Shown here: piece after piece, positions 41,301 through 51,238 of the stretch
How positions within the stretch are numbered: position 1 is the first letter of the stretch
Layout of the letters: every line of letters starts with the position of its first letter
Notes under the pieces: generated by a model
Seen by the model: only the letters and a program-made list of their open reading frames with translations
Database searches by the model: none
Told to the model about the DNA's origin: nothing
Translations under genes and position numbers: made by a program
Source of the DNA: an uncultured delta proteobacterium
GTDB lineage: Bacteria; Desulfobacterota; Deferrimicrobia; Deferrimicrobiales; Deferrimicrobiaceae
Length of the DNA stretch: 64,000 bases
NCBI GenBank assembly: GCA_963760885.1
Contig: CAVXEY010000008.1
Location: 255,022 to 319,021 of the forward strand
Reading direction: 5' to 3'

Positions 41301-42788
41301 ATGAAGGTTCTGCTGCTGTATCCCCAATTCCCCGATACGTTCTGGAGCTTCCGCCACGCCCTCCCGTTCATCGGAAAACGGTCCGCCTATCCCCCCCTGG
41401 GACTGCTCACCGTTTCGGCGATGCTCCCGCCGCACTGGGAACGGAAACTGGTGGACCTCAACGTGGAGGAGCTCCGCGACAAGGACATCGCCTGGGCCGA
41501 CGTGGCCTTCCTGAGCGCCATGCTGGTCCAGGGGCCGTCCCTTGCGCAGGTGATCGCCCGTTGCCGGAGGGCGGGATTGCGGACGGTGGTGGGCGGACCG
41601 GTCACGAGCGACGGCAACCCTTCGTACGAAGGCGCGGACCACATCGTCCGGGGCGAGGCGGAAAGGGTGATCGACGAGCTGGTCTCCGACCTCGAGGCGG
41701 GCAATGCGCGCCGCGGTTACGAAGCCGACGGGCGAACGGACATGACCCGGGTCCCTCCCCCCGACCTGCGCCTGGCGCGATTGCGACGCTACAGCGCGAT
41801 GCCCATCCAGTACTCCCGGGGGTGCCCGTTCTCCTGCGAGTTCTGCGACGTCATCGAGCTCTTCGGGCGAAACCCGCGCACCAAGTCGGCGGGGCAGGTC
41901 CTGGAGGAGTTCGAACAGCTCTACCGCATGGGGTGGCGGGGGTCGGTGTTCATCGTCGACGACAACTTCGTCGGCAACCGGCAGGCCATCAAGGACCTGC
42001 TTCCCCGGCTCGCCGCGTGGATGGGCGCCCACGGCAATCCGTTCTCCCTGTTCACCCAGGCGTCGATCAACCTGGCCGAAGACGACGAACTGCTCTCCCT
42101 GATGCGTGCGGCCCGCTTCAACAAGGTGTTCATCGGGATCGAGACCCCTTCCGCGGAATGCAACCGGGCGGCGGGCAAGATGCAGAACGTGAAGGCCGAT
42201 CTCTTGGCGTGCGTGCGGCGTATCCAGGAGCACGGGATGGAAGTGATGGGAGGGTTCATCGTCGGCTTCGACCAGGATCCCCCGGAGATCTTCGAGAGGC
42301 AGATCGCCTTCATCAGGGAGGCGGCCATCCCCATCTCCATGGTAGGCGTCCTGATCGCGCTCCCCAACACGCGGCTGTGGCGGCGGCTCTCCGAAGAGGG
42401 CCGGATCCTGCGGCAGAGCATGGGGAACAACACGGAGGCGCTGCTGAATTTCATCCCCAGGATGGACCCGGAAGCGCTCCTCGCGGGCTACCGGAAGGTG
42501 CTGGCATCCATCTACAGCCCGTCCGAGTATTTCGAACGCGCCCAGGCGATGATCAGCCGCCTGGGGATCCGGCCGAAAACGCGCCTGGTCGGCTCGGACT
42601 ACCTCGCACTGTTCCGGTCGTTCGTCCGGCAGGGGATCATCGCCCGGTACCGGGTCCACTACTGGCGATTCATCGGCAGAACCGCCCTCCGCACGCCGAG
42701 GCACCTGGGCCTGGCGGTCACGCTGGCCATCATGGGGCACCACTTCTTCGTCCTTTCCCGCCGGATGCAAGCGAAACCGACCCGGTGA
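41301..42788 (+). CDS. B12-binding-domain radical SAM protein with C-terminal DUF4070 (BchE/HpnJ-like class)
   Basis: N-terminal B12-binding fold (LLLYPQFPDTFWS...LGLLTVSA), the radical SAM motif CPFSCEFC, and a DUF4070-like tail (LLNFIPRMDPEALLAGYRKVLASIYSP). Confidence 0.85.
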   Translation: MKVLLLYPQFPDTFWSFRHALPFIGKRSAYPPLGLLTVSAMLPPHWERKLVDLNVEELRDKDIAWADVAFLSAMLVQGPSLAQVIARCRRAGLRTVVGGPVTSDGNPSYEGADHIVRGEAERVIDELVSDLEAGNARRGYEADGRTDMTRVPPPDLRLARLRRYSAMPIQYSRGCPFSCEFCDVIELFGRNPRTKSAGQVLEEFEQLYRMGWRGSVFIVDDNFVGNRQAIKDLLPRLAAWMGAHGNPFSLFTQASINLAEDDELLSLMRAARFNKVFIGIETPSAECNRAAGKMQNVKADLLACVRRIQEHGMEVMGGFIVGFDQDPPEIFERQIAFIREAAIPISMVGVLIALPNTRLWRRLSEEGRILRQSMGNNTEALLNFIPRMDPEALLAGYRKVLASIYSPSEYFERAQAMISRLGIRPKTRLVGSDYLALFRSFVRQGIIARYRVHYWRFIGRTALRTPRHLGLAVTLAIMGHHFFVLSRRMQAKPTR

Positions 42789-42859
42789 TCCCCGGCGCGA
42801 CTCCCTTCCGGATGATTGGAATACGAAAGACCGAATGACTTCATGCAGTTATAATCATA

Positions 42860-43579
42860 ATGTCCGTCGCGTTCCTGGCGTCGCTTCTCAGTTCCATGAG
42901 CGGCGCCGGCGCAGCGATGCTGACGACTCCGGTCTGGCTCTCCCTTGGCTTTCCCCTCCCGGTGGCGATCGCCTCAAACCAGTTGAATGGTGCGGCCTGG
43001 ACCCTGATCGCGGCCCGTAATTACCTGAAAGGCAAAACCGTGGACTGGGCGCTGATCAGGATCATGATATTCTGCGGGCTTGCGGGCGCCTATGTCGGGA
43101 CCATCATTGTGCGCGGCGTGGATGCGCATATCCTGCAACGCGTCATCGGCATGATCATCATCGCCCTGGTCGTAGTAGTGGCATTCAACCCCGCGCTGGG
43201 CCGCACGGAAAGGGAGCCGCTCCTCTCACGCCGCCTGACCGGCGTTCTGGCCTTTCCTCTTGGGGTGTACGAATCCTTCTTCGGATCGGGCAACGGCCTG
43301 TTCACTTCATTACTGCTGTCGAAAACCCGCGGGATGCCCTTGCTCACCGCTCTCGGCTGTTATTACCTTGTCGCCTTCTTCTGGAACGGCTTCGCCGTAT
43401 CCGTCTACAGTGCGGCCGGATTCGCCGACAGCAGCCTGATGGTCCCCTCCACGGCGGGTTCCATGCTGGGAGCCTATATCGGCTCACGGGTCGGCCGACG
43501 GAAGGGATATGGTCTGGTAAGGGCGATGTTTCTCACGGCAGGAGGAGCGCTGGGAGTGAAATTGGCGCTGGGGTGGTAA
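42860..43579 (+). CDS. TauE/SafE (DUF81) family anion exporter
   Basis: Two 4-TM repeats with Gly-rich motifs (SGAGAAMLTTP, FGSGNGLF). Confidence 0.75.
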   Translation: MSVAFLASLLSSMSGAGAAMLTTPVWLSLGFPLPVAIASNQLNGAAWTLIAARNYLKGKTVDWALIRIMIFCGLAGAYVGTIIVRGVDAHILQRVIGMIIIALVVVVAFNPALGRTEREPLLSRRLTGVLAFPLGVYESFFGSGNGLFTSLLLSKTRGMPLLTALGCYYLVAFFWNGFAVSVYSAAGFADSSLMVPSTAGSMLGAYIGSRVGRRKGYGLVRAMFLTAGGALGVKLALGW

Positions 43580-43653
43580 TGTTTCATCCCCCTTGGCAAG
43601 GCACTGCAATACTTTTACTTATCGAAAGGTAAGATTCCCGAATTGCCGAACCC

Positions 43654-46425
43654 TTAGTGCGCCGGCCCGGTCAGCAAGCGCTTGAGCACATCCATCGCCT
43701 TGCCGAATTTCCCCCAGTCCCCCTGCTGCATCGCTTTCTGGGCATCCTCGAACTGCGCCCTCGCCTGGTCCAATTCCGGTTGCCGGAGGGACACCTGCGC
43801 AGGATTCCGGGGTTGCCGTGTCCCGAAGAGCGATTGGATTGCCTCATCGAGTGTAGACTCCATTACCACCTTATCCCCCGAAATCATGATCACGCGCTTG
43901 AGTTGGGGGAAATCCGTGCCTTCCGCCGTGAGGTACACCGGCACTACATAGAGAAACGAGTTCTCGATCGGAACCGCGATCAGGTTCCCGCGAATGACTC
44001 TCGACCCTTTTTGATCCCAGAGGCTCAGTTGCTGGGAGATCGTAGTGTTCTGATCGATCATCGCCTCGATTTGCATCGGGCCGTAGACCAGCTTCTCCTT
44101 GGGAAGTTGGTAATAGAGCATCTTCCCGTATTCGGGGAAATCGCACCTGGCGGCCATCCAGGAGATCATGTTGTCTCGCTTCTGAGGCGTGAAAGAAGTC
44201 ATGAGGAGGTACTCAAGCCGGTCGCTTCCGGGGAGCTTCATCAGGATGTAATAGGGCTGCATGGGCGCGACCTTGCCCGCGTACTTCTCTTGGGGGAGCA
44301 CCCAGAGGTCCTCCCGGTTATAGAAGACCTGCGGAACCGTCATGTGGAACGTTCTGTACAGGTCGGCCTGGAGGGAAAAGAGATCCTCCGGATACCGCAG
44401 ATGATTTTTAAGATCCGCCGAGAGCCGATTCAGGTCCATGAAAACACCAGGAAACGCGCGGCGATAAACCGCCAAGACGGGGTCGTTCGGATCCATGATG
44501 TAGAATCGAACGGTTCCGTCGTACATGTCCACAACGATTTTCACGGAGTTTCGAATGTAGTTCAGCCCTTCTCCGAAGGCCGCCGCGTGGGGACTGGAGT
44601 AGGGAAAGTGATCCGAGACGGTGTAGGCATCCTGGATCCAATACAGTTTGCCCTCGCTCACCACGGCGTAGGGATCCTGGTCGAGGCGCAGGAAAGGAGC
44701 GATCTGCCACACGCGCTCCTGAACGCGCCTCCAGATCTGGATCCTGCTTTCCGGCCGGAGATAGGAGGTGAACAGGATGTTGATGTCGGATTGCGTCCAG
44801 GCGAACAGGAGCCGCTTCCACAAGCCGTCCAGCGGGATACCTCCTGTTCCCTTGTAACTCGTGTACACATTCTGATTCCCCTTGGGGTAGTCGAGCTCTT
44901 TGACGCCCGTCGCGACGATCCGATATCCCGGCATCGACTTGCCGTAGTAGATGGAAGGCCGTTTTATGGTTAGGCCGTAAGCGGATTCGGGTGGGATGTT
45001 CTCGATAAGATACTCCGGAAAGCCTCCCCCGATAGCCTTCGAGACGAAGCTCATGACCAAACCATAACCATGCGTAAACTGCAACTTCTGGTTAACCCAG
45101 GTTTGGGCTTCAGCGGGGAGGCTCGCGGAGAGCTCGCGGGCCGAAAGCATCACCTGATGATAACCATCCGGCAGATGGTAGCGGTCCACGTCCGCCTCGT
45201 AAAACTGGTAATAGAGTCGTATCTCCTGGGCTTGTTTGTACGTCTGCAGCAATGGGCGCCAGTCCCAGAGTCGGATGTTCTGGATCGTGTCTTGATTTCT
45301 GGCAATCACCTCGGACGTCAGATCCGACAGCGCCGGGTAAGATGTTTCCTGGATCGCGTCGAGCCCGTAGGCCTTTCGGGTGAACTCTATGTTGTTCTTG
45401 AGATACGGGGTTTCGAGGACCAGTTCGTTCGGCTGTACAATGAACCTCTGAAAGAGTGACGGCACCAGCAAGACCGCGACGATGTACAACCCCACGTAGA
45501 TCCAGGATCCAACAACGATCGCCCTGAGTCGCGGACGGAAGACATTGAGCGCAAGCAGCGCGCACAGCGCCGCCGAGGCGCCGGCCATGATCCATAAGGC
45601 GATCCGGGTCACATGGCTCGCCGTATAGCCGGCTCCGTAAACTACTCCCAGTGTGGAGTAGAGGAGTTCGTAGTGATCCAGGTAAAACCCCCACCCCCAA
45701 TTGGCGACCAGTACGAAGAACAGGATGGACAGATGTGGAACGGCCTTCGCGCTCCGGCCTTCCATCTGTCCGCTGCGGATGAACCGCAGTACCCCGAAGA
45801 ACGCGTAGAAGACCAGTACGGCCACGACCGTCATCAGCGTCAATACGGTCAGGCTGCTTTGCAAAAGCTCATAAAAGGGGAGACGGAACAGATAAAACCC
45901 GGCATCGACCCCGAAGAGGGGATCGGATAAACCAAAAGATCCGCCATAACGGAATCGGAGATACGTATCCCATTGCGCATAGAAGACCTGCGCAAAAATC
46001 AGGGCGGCGAAAGCAGCGACCGCGCCCATGGCCAGTTTCAAAATCGTGGGGGAGATCTGGATACCGAGTCTCGCGGCAACGGTAGACTCGCTTGTCAAAG
46101 TACCCGCCAGGAACGTGGCGCCGTTCCTCATCGCGAAGCGAAGATTGATCCAGAGGAACAGAAGTGCGACAACGAAAGCCGCGCAAAACAGCTTCCACTG
46201 CAGGAACAGGAGGGTCCAGAAGACGCCGGAGTAGCCGACCTCCCGCATCCACAGCCCCTTCTGTATCCAGCCGGAAATGACGGTCAGGAGAAGGATGAAT
46301 ACGACCGCGGCAACAGTGATGATTTTCAGCGGACGCCATCGCCGGGGGATGGGGTAATTTCCGGCAAATCTACCCTTTTCGCCCGCAAGCAGCCTTGGCT
46401 GCTCGCCGTGTGTCGGTTTCTCCAT
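43654..46425 (-). CDS. UPF0182-family large membrane protein (N-terminal ~7 TM, large extracytoplasmic domain)
   Basis: Size, N-terminal TM block, and C-terminal ...AQKAMQQGDWGKFGKAMDVLKRLL. Start chosen at the ATG after the GGGAGGG RBS. Confidence 0.55.
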   Translation of the reverse strand: MEKPTHGEQPRLLAGEKGRFAGNYPIPRRWRPLKIITVAAVVFILLLTVISGWIQKGLWMREVGYSGVFWTLLFLQWKLFCAAFVVALLFLWINLRFAMRNGATFLAGTLTSESTVAARLGIQISPTILKLAMGAVAAFAALIFAQVFYAQWDTYLRFRYGGSFGLSDPLFGVDAGFYLFRLPFYELLQSSLTVLTLMTVVAVLVFYAFFGVLRFIRSGQMEGRSAKAVPHLSILFFVLVANWGWGFYLDHYELLYSTLGVVYGAGYTASHVTRIALWIMAGASAALCALLALNVFRPRLRAIVVGSWIYVGLYIVAVLLVPSLFQRFIVQPNELVLETPYLKNNIEFTRKAYGLDAIQETSYPALSDLTSEVIARNQDTIQNIRLWDWRPLLQTYKQAQEIRLYYQFYEADVDRYHLPDGYHQVMLSARELSASLPAEAQTWVNQKLQFTHGYGLVMSFVSKAIGGGFPEYLIENIPPESAYGLTIKRPSIYYGKSMPGYRIVATGVKELDYPKGNQNVYTSYKGTGGIPLDGLWKRLLFAWTQSDINILFTSYLRPESRIQIWRRVQERVWQIAPFLRLDQDPYAVVSEGKLYWIQDAYTVSDHFPYSSPHAAAFGEGLNYIRNSVKIVVDMYDGTVRFYIMDPNDPVLAVYRRAFPGVFMDLNRLSADLKNHLRYPEDLFSLQADLYRTFHMTVPQVFYNREDLWVLPQEKYAGKVAPMQPYYILMKLPGSDRLEYLLMTSFTPQKRDNMISWMAARCDFPEYGKMLYYQLPKEKLVYGPMQIEAMIDQNTTISQQLSLWDQKGSRVIRGNLIAVPIENSFLYVVPVYLTAEGTDFPQLKRVIMISGDKVVMESTLDEAIQSLFGTRQPRNPAQVSLRQPELDQARAQFEDAQKAMQQGDWGKFGKAMDVLKRLLTGPAH

Positions 46426-46794
46426 CATTGCCCTCCCGGATTCCCCATGCAACGATGTGCGGGCATTCTCCTGCGGGCCGTTCCAACGAGCCTGGCAGGA
46501 CACTCTCCGTGTGCCACCGCGCCTGCGGCCGAAACGGATTTCAAGGTTTGCCTACCCCCCGCCCGAATATATCCTGAAACCCTCGCCGTTGGCAACGCCG
46601 CCACGCAACGCCTCCCCACCAGCAGAACGGTCCTCTCTGCCAAATGCCTGGAAAATAGCAGGGGCCAACATGGGAGGAGGCGGCGTAAGATATGGTGGGA
46701 TTAAAGTTTGCAGGAAAATGTTCATCGGAGAGAACAAGGTCATCGGTTGCATCATGCGGACAGATGAAATCATGACTGGATTCATGGGGCAATC

Positions 46795-48039
46795 ATGGGT
46801 GTGAGGAAGATAAACCGCAAGCAATTCCTCGTCGGGATCGTCGGCATTGCCGCGGGCCTTGTCATCGCCTTTTTCCTGGGCCGCCAGGTTTCGGGCATCT
46901 CCCTCCCTTCGGACAAGATACCTTCGAGTGCAAATTCCGATTTCGGGTTGATGGCGGAGGCCTGGAACTCCATCCGGACCCACTATGTGGACCGGGCGGC
47001 CATTCAACCCCGCCCGCTGACGTACGGCGCCATCAGCGGGATGGTGGATGCCCTCGGAGACACCGGCCACAGTACGTTTCTCTCTCCCGAAATGATCAAA
47101 GCGGAGCAGGATTTCACCGCGGGCAAGTACAAAGGGATCGGCGCGGAGATCAGAATGAAGGGCGGGCATGTGGTAATCGTGACGCCGCTGGACGGTTCTC
47201 CCGCCCAAAAAGCCGGCCTCCGTCCGGGACAGATCATCATGGGGGTCGACGGCAAAGGCATCACGGGTCTCGGCCTGATCCAGGTGGTAAGGCTGATTTG
47301 GGGGCCTGCGGATACCAGGGTCACCCTCAGGATACTGGATCCGGGCACCGGGCAGACCCGGGATGTCACTCTGGTGAGGGCCGCCATTACGATGAACAAC
47401 ATCGCCTGGCATCGGCTGCCGGGAACGAAGCTTGCCCACCTTCGGATTGCGGGCTTCAGCCAGGGCGTTACAGATGACCTGAAGCAGGCGCTGCAGGCCA
47501 TCAGGCGAGAAGAATCGGCGGGACTCATCCTGGACCTGCGCAATAATCCCGGAGGGCTGCTCACCGAGGCGGTCTCTACGGCGAGCCAGTTTCTCTCAAA
47601 GGGCAACGTGGTCCTGGAAAAGGACGCCGAGGGCCGGATTACCCCCATGGCGGTGGAGAAAGGCGGGCTTTCCGAGCTCATCCCCATGGTATGCCTGGTG
47701 AACGGCGGAACAGCCAGCGGCGCCGAGATCGTGGCCGGCGCTTTGCAGGACCATCGGCGGGCGAACCTGGTGGGAACGACCACTTTCGGCACCGGCACCG
47801 TGCTGGAACAGTTTCCCCTCTCCGACGGTTCGGCCCTCCTGCTGGCTGTGCGGGAATGGCTGACACCGGATGGCCACACCATCTGGCATAAAGGAATCAC
47901 GCCGAACACGGTCATCCCCCTTCCGCCCGACATCGGGCCTCTCTTCCCCGAGGAGGAGCGGGACATGTCGCCACAGCAGCTGGAGGCACGCAAAGACGCT
48001 CAGCTGATGCGGGCCGTGGATCTGCTTCGCAATAGATGA
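46795..48039 (+). CDS. ctpA: Carboxyl-terminal processing protease (S41, tail-specific protease) with PDZ domain
   Basis: N-terminal TM, a PDZ domain (GIGAEI...PLDGSPAQKAGLRPGQIIMGVDGK), and the S41 catalytic region (LILDLRNNPGG, TASGAEI). Confidence 0.9.
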   Translation: MGVRKINRKQFLVGIVGIAAGLVIAFFLGRQVSGISLPSDKIPSSANSDFGLMAEAWNSIRTHYVDRAAIQPRPLTYGAISGMVDALGDTGHSTFLSPEMIKAEQDFTAGKYKGIGAEIRMKGGHVVIVTPLDGSPAQKAGLRPGQIIMGVDGKGITGLGLIQVVRLIWGPADTRVTLRILDPGTGQTRDVTLVRAAITMNNIAWHRLPGTKLAHLRIAGFSQGVTDDLKQALQAIRREESAGLILDLRNNPGGLLTEAVSTASQFLSKGNVVLEKDAEGRITPMAVEKGGLSELIPMVCLVNGGTASGAEIVAGALQDHRRANLVGTTTFGTGTVLEQFPLSDGSALLLAVREWLTPDGHTIWHKGITPNTVIPLPPDIGPLFPEEERDMSPQQLEARKDAQLMRAVDLLRNR

Positions 48040-48260
48040 CCCAAACCCCGATTCCTGGACATTCCCGAAGTTATAATCGCGGGCAGACGCGGTCCCGACG
48101 AAAGGGCGACGACGATGCGAAGAAGACGATCGAAGAATGGCGGGTCGAGTACAACAAGGTACGGCCGCATCGTTCGCTGAAAAACGCGACGCCGGCGGCG
48201 TTCGCAACCAAGTTCAGCGAGCAGAAACCGGCGGGGAATCCCCTGCCGCAGTTGGCATAA
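48036..48260 (+). mobile_element. Remnant of an IS3-family (rve integrase) transposase C-terminus
   Basis: ...TIEEWRVEYNKVRPHRSLKNATPAAFA is the typical end of an rve domain. No catalytic region upstream. Confidence 0.55.
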
Positions 48261-48362
48261 ATCCGGGGGGGCAGGTCAGATTCCGGAACGAATGGATCGT
48301 CGTCCGCCACAAGAATTGCGCCTTTTTCATCCGGGTTCATATTTCGTGTCTCTCCCCGCGAA

Positions 48363-50995
48363 TCATCGCGAATCCAGAACCTCCCTTACCTTCCTTGCCA
48401 GGATCGTAGGGCCGAACGGCTTCTGCAGAAACGGCACACCGGCGATCAGAACAAAGGAATCGTGGATCGCGTCGGCGGTATATCCGCTCATGAGGATCAC
48501 CTTGAGGTTCGGGTTTGCCTTGTGCATCGCTTCGAACGCTTCCTTGCCCCCCTTCCGCGGCATGACCACGTCCAGTACGGCGAGAGCGATCTCTTTGTTC
48601 TGCCTGAAGATCTCGATCGCCTCCTCCCCGTCTTTGGCGACAAGAACGTTGTACCCAAGCTCCTTCAACGTCCGTTCGACAAGAGCACGAATGCTTTCCT
48701 CGTCTTCCGCCAGAAGGATCGTCTCCGTCCCCCCGCGAAGAATCTCTTCCTTGAGCTTCGCAGGCGACGGCATCCGGTTCCGCCTCGATGGCGGGGAAAT
48801 ACACCTTGAAGGACGTCCCCTTCCCCAGTTCGCTGTAGAGGTGGATGAATCCATCGTGCTGCTTCACGATCCCGTACACCATCGCAAGCCCCAGCCCCGT
48901 CCCCTTGTCCGGGCCCTTCGTCGTGAAAAACGGATCGAACACCCGCTCCCGGGTCTTCTCATCCATCCCGATCCCCGTGTCGGAAACCGTCAGCAGAGCG
49001 TATCTCCCTGTCCTCATGTACGGGTTCTGGCGGGCATACTCCTCCTCCAGAACCACATTCTCGGTTTCGACCGTGAGCCGTCCGCCTTCCGGCATCGCAT
49101 CCCTGGAGTTCAGACAAAGGTTCATGACCACCTGTTCGAGCTGTCCGCGATCGGCATGTATGGTCGGAACATTCTTTCCCAGGAGATGTTTTCATCTCGA
49201 TATGTTCGCCCACCACTTTGCCGATCAGCTTCATCAAGTCCGCAATCAGGGTGCTCAAGTTCAGATTGACAGGCTCCATGACCTGCCGGCGGGCGTACGT
49301 AAGGAGCTGTCTTGTCAACGTGGCCGCCCGCTCCGCGCAACGCATAATCTCGTCCAGATCGTGCAACGCCTGCGGGTCTCCCTCCATCCTCATGCGCAAA
49401 AGTTCTCCAAATCCGACAATCCCCGTCAGGGCGTTATTGAAATCGTGGGCAATCCCTCCCGCAAGCGTTCCCACGGCCTCCATTCTTTGAGCGGTCTTGA
49501 GCTGCCTCTCCAGGAGGTATTGTTTCGTCATATCCTCGGCGAACACTTCGAAGTACGCGGGTGATCCGTCAAGATTCTGCATCAATCTGCCGATGGCCCG
49601 CACATTGATGGGCCTTCCATCTTTCCGTTTCCATACGAGCTCGGCCCCGATAATCGTGTCCCGGGGCGTGTACTCCCTCAGAACCCGTTGTCTGTCCTCG
49701 GGGTTCACGTAGATATCTTTGTCAAGGTTCATTGTTATAAGTTCCGACTCGGACTCGTAACCGAGCATCTTCACCAGAGCCGGATTCGCCATCAAGATTT
49801 TCCCATCCGGCGTGGACCGGAATATCCCGAGCGGGGAATTGCTCAAGATGCTTCGATGCTCCTCTTCCGAGCGACGAAGTGCCTCCTCGGCCCGGTTACG
49901 TTCCTCCTTCCTGGCGGCAAGTGACGTGGCCATTTCATCAAAACTGCGAGACAGCTCCCCAAGCTCTCCTTTCGGATACGAAGGCCCCATCCTGACATCC
50001 AGGCTTCCATCCGCCAGTCGTTGCGTGGCCAGAATAAGTTTGCGCACCGGGTTCAATACGAAGGAATTGCTTCCCACCCAGCCAGCGACAAAAATCAATA
50101 AGGCAATGATGGCCAGCATTGCGATATTCCTGATAAATTCCCTTTCGACCCCTTGATAGAGGATCCCTACCGGAATGCTCAGGACCACGTAAATCGGCTC
50201 CATACCCAAATGTCCCGGCACCATCGCTACGGAAAGAAGCGACTTCTCTCCCCCTGCTTCTTTCCATACTGCCGTCCCTTCCCCCTTCCCGAGAAGGGGT
50301 TCGATGGCAGAGAATTCGAGGAGTTGTTTCCCTGGCCACCCCTCCTTGTCGGGAAGACGGGAGAGGATCGTTCCGTCACTGTCAATCTTTGTGATCGTTG
50401 TACCTTTGCGCAACCCATTGAATATATCTTTCTCGAGGCGTCCAAGTTGTTCGATATCCAGCACGATGTATATGATGCCCTTCAGATGCTCGTCATCGTC
50501 GACGATTGGATACGCCATATTCAAGCCTGGGCGCTCCGTGATCCTGCCGATCTGGAACTCTCCCACTGTGAACTCGCGCTTTGCAATCGCCTGTTGGAAG
50601 TATTCTCGATCCGCAATATTGGTCGGCTTCGATAATGGTATGGCGCTGCAAACCACATTCCCTTTCAAATTCACAACCCCGATATTCGTATATCGTTGAA
50701 AATGTTCCAGCAAATGAGATAAATACCTGTTACATGTCTTGGGGTCCGGTCGACGCACTGCATCTATATGGGAGAGGGCCAGCAGCAGTTCCCGTGCCTC
50801 GTCGAAGAGTCGCTCCTCTTCCACCGCGATGATTTTCGCCTCTCGGGACACATCCGCTTGCGCTTCACGGATCTCCCGTTTTCGCTCATTGGAGGCGTGG
50901 TACACCGTTAACCCGAGGGACGGGAGAATCACTAGAAGTATGATCAGGGCAAGACGGCCGCGAAGACCGAAGTCGGAGAACCACTTCATGATCAT
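48363..50995 (-). pseudogene. Hybrid sensor histidine kinase (TM-Cache-like-HAMP-PAS-HisKA-HATPase-REC) broken into three frames by two 1-nt frameshifts
   Basis: ORFs 48959-50995 (sensor + HisKA H-box AHDFNNALTGIVG), 48337-49131 (HATPase) and 48363-48854 (receiver) are collinear pieces of one gene. Shift 1 is at the gggaaag run near 49170; shift 2 is near 48780. Confidence 0.75.
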
Positions 50996-51238
50996 GCCTC
51001 CGGATTTCGTGCAGCTCTCGAATGAGGTCGTGGTTTTTCTGCTTGTACCTCCGACCGTCTTGAAAAGACATCGAACCAGATAAATCCAAAAATAAGTTTA
51101 CCAAAACAAGGAATGTGGCGCGATGATGGCTACGACTCCCGCGGAAGGAGCCGCTCTATGGAGCAGGTGGAGAAGCTGAACGGGATGCGGATTCCGTCCC
51201 CTCCGGCCGCCTCAAACGGAAAACAAGCGGCCTGACGA

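Noticed and set aside
40592-41371. 259-aa minus-strand ORF overlapping the small-protein paralog 2 and the start of the radical SAM gene
   Set aside because: It is antisense to two well-supported plus-strand genes and their conserved leader. Composition is Arg/Pro-rich noise.
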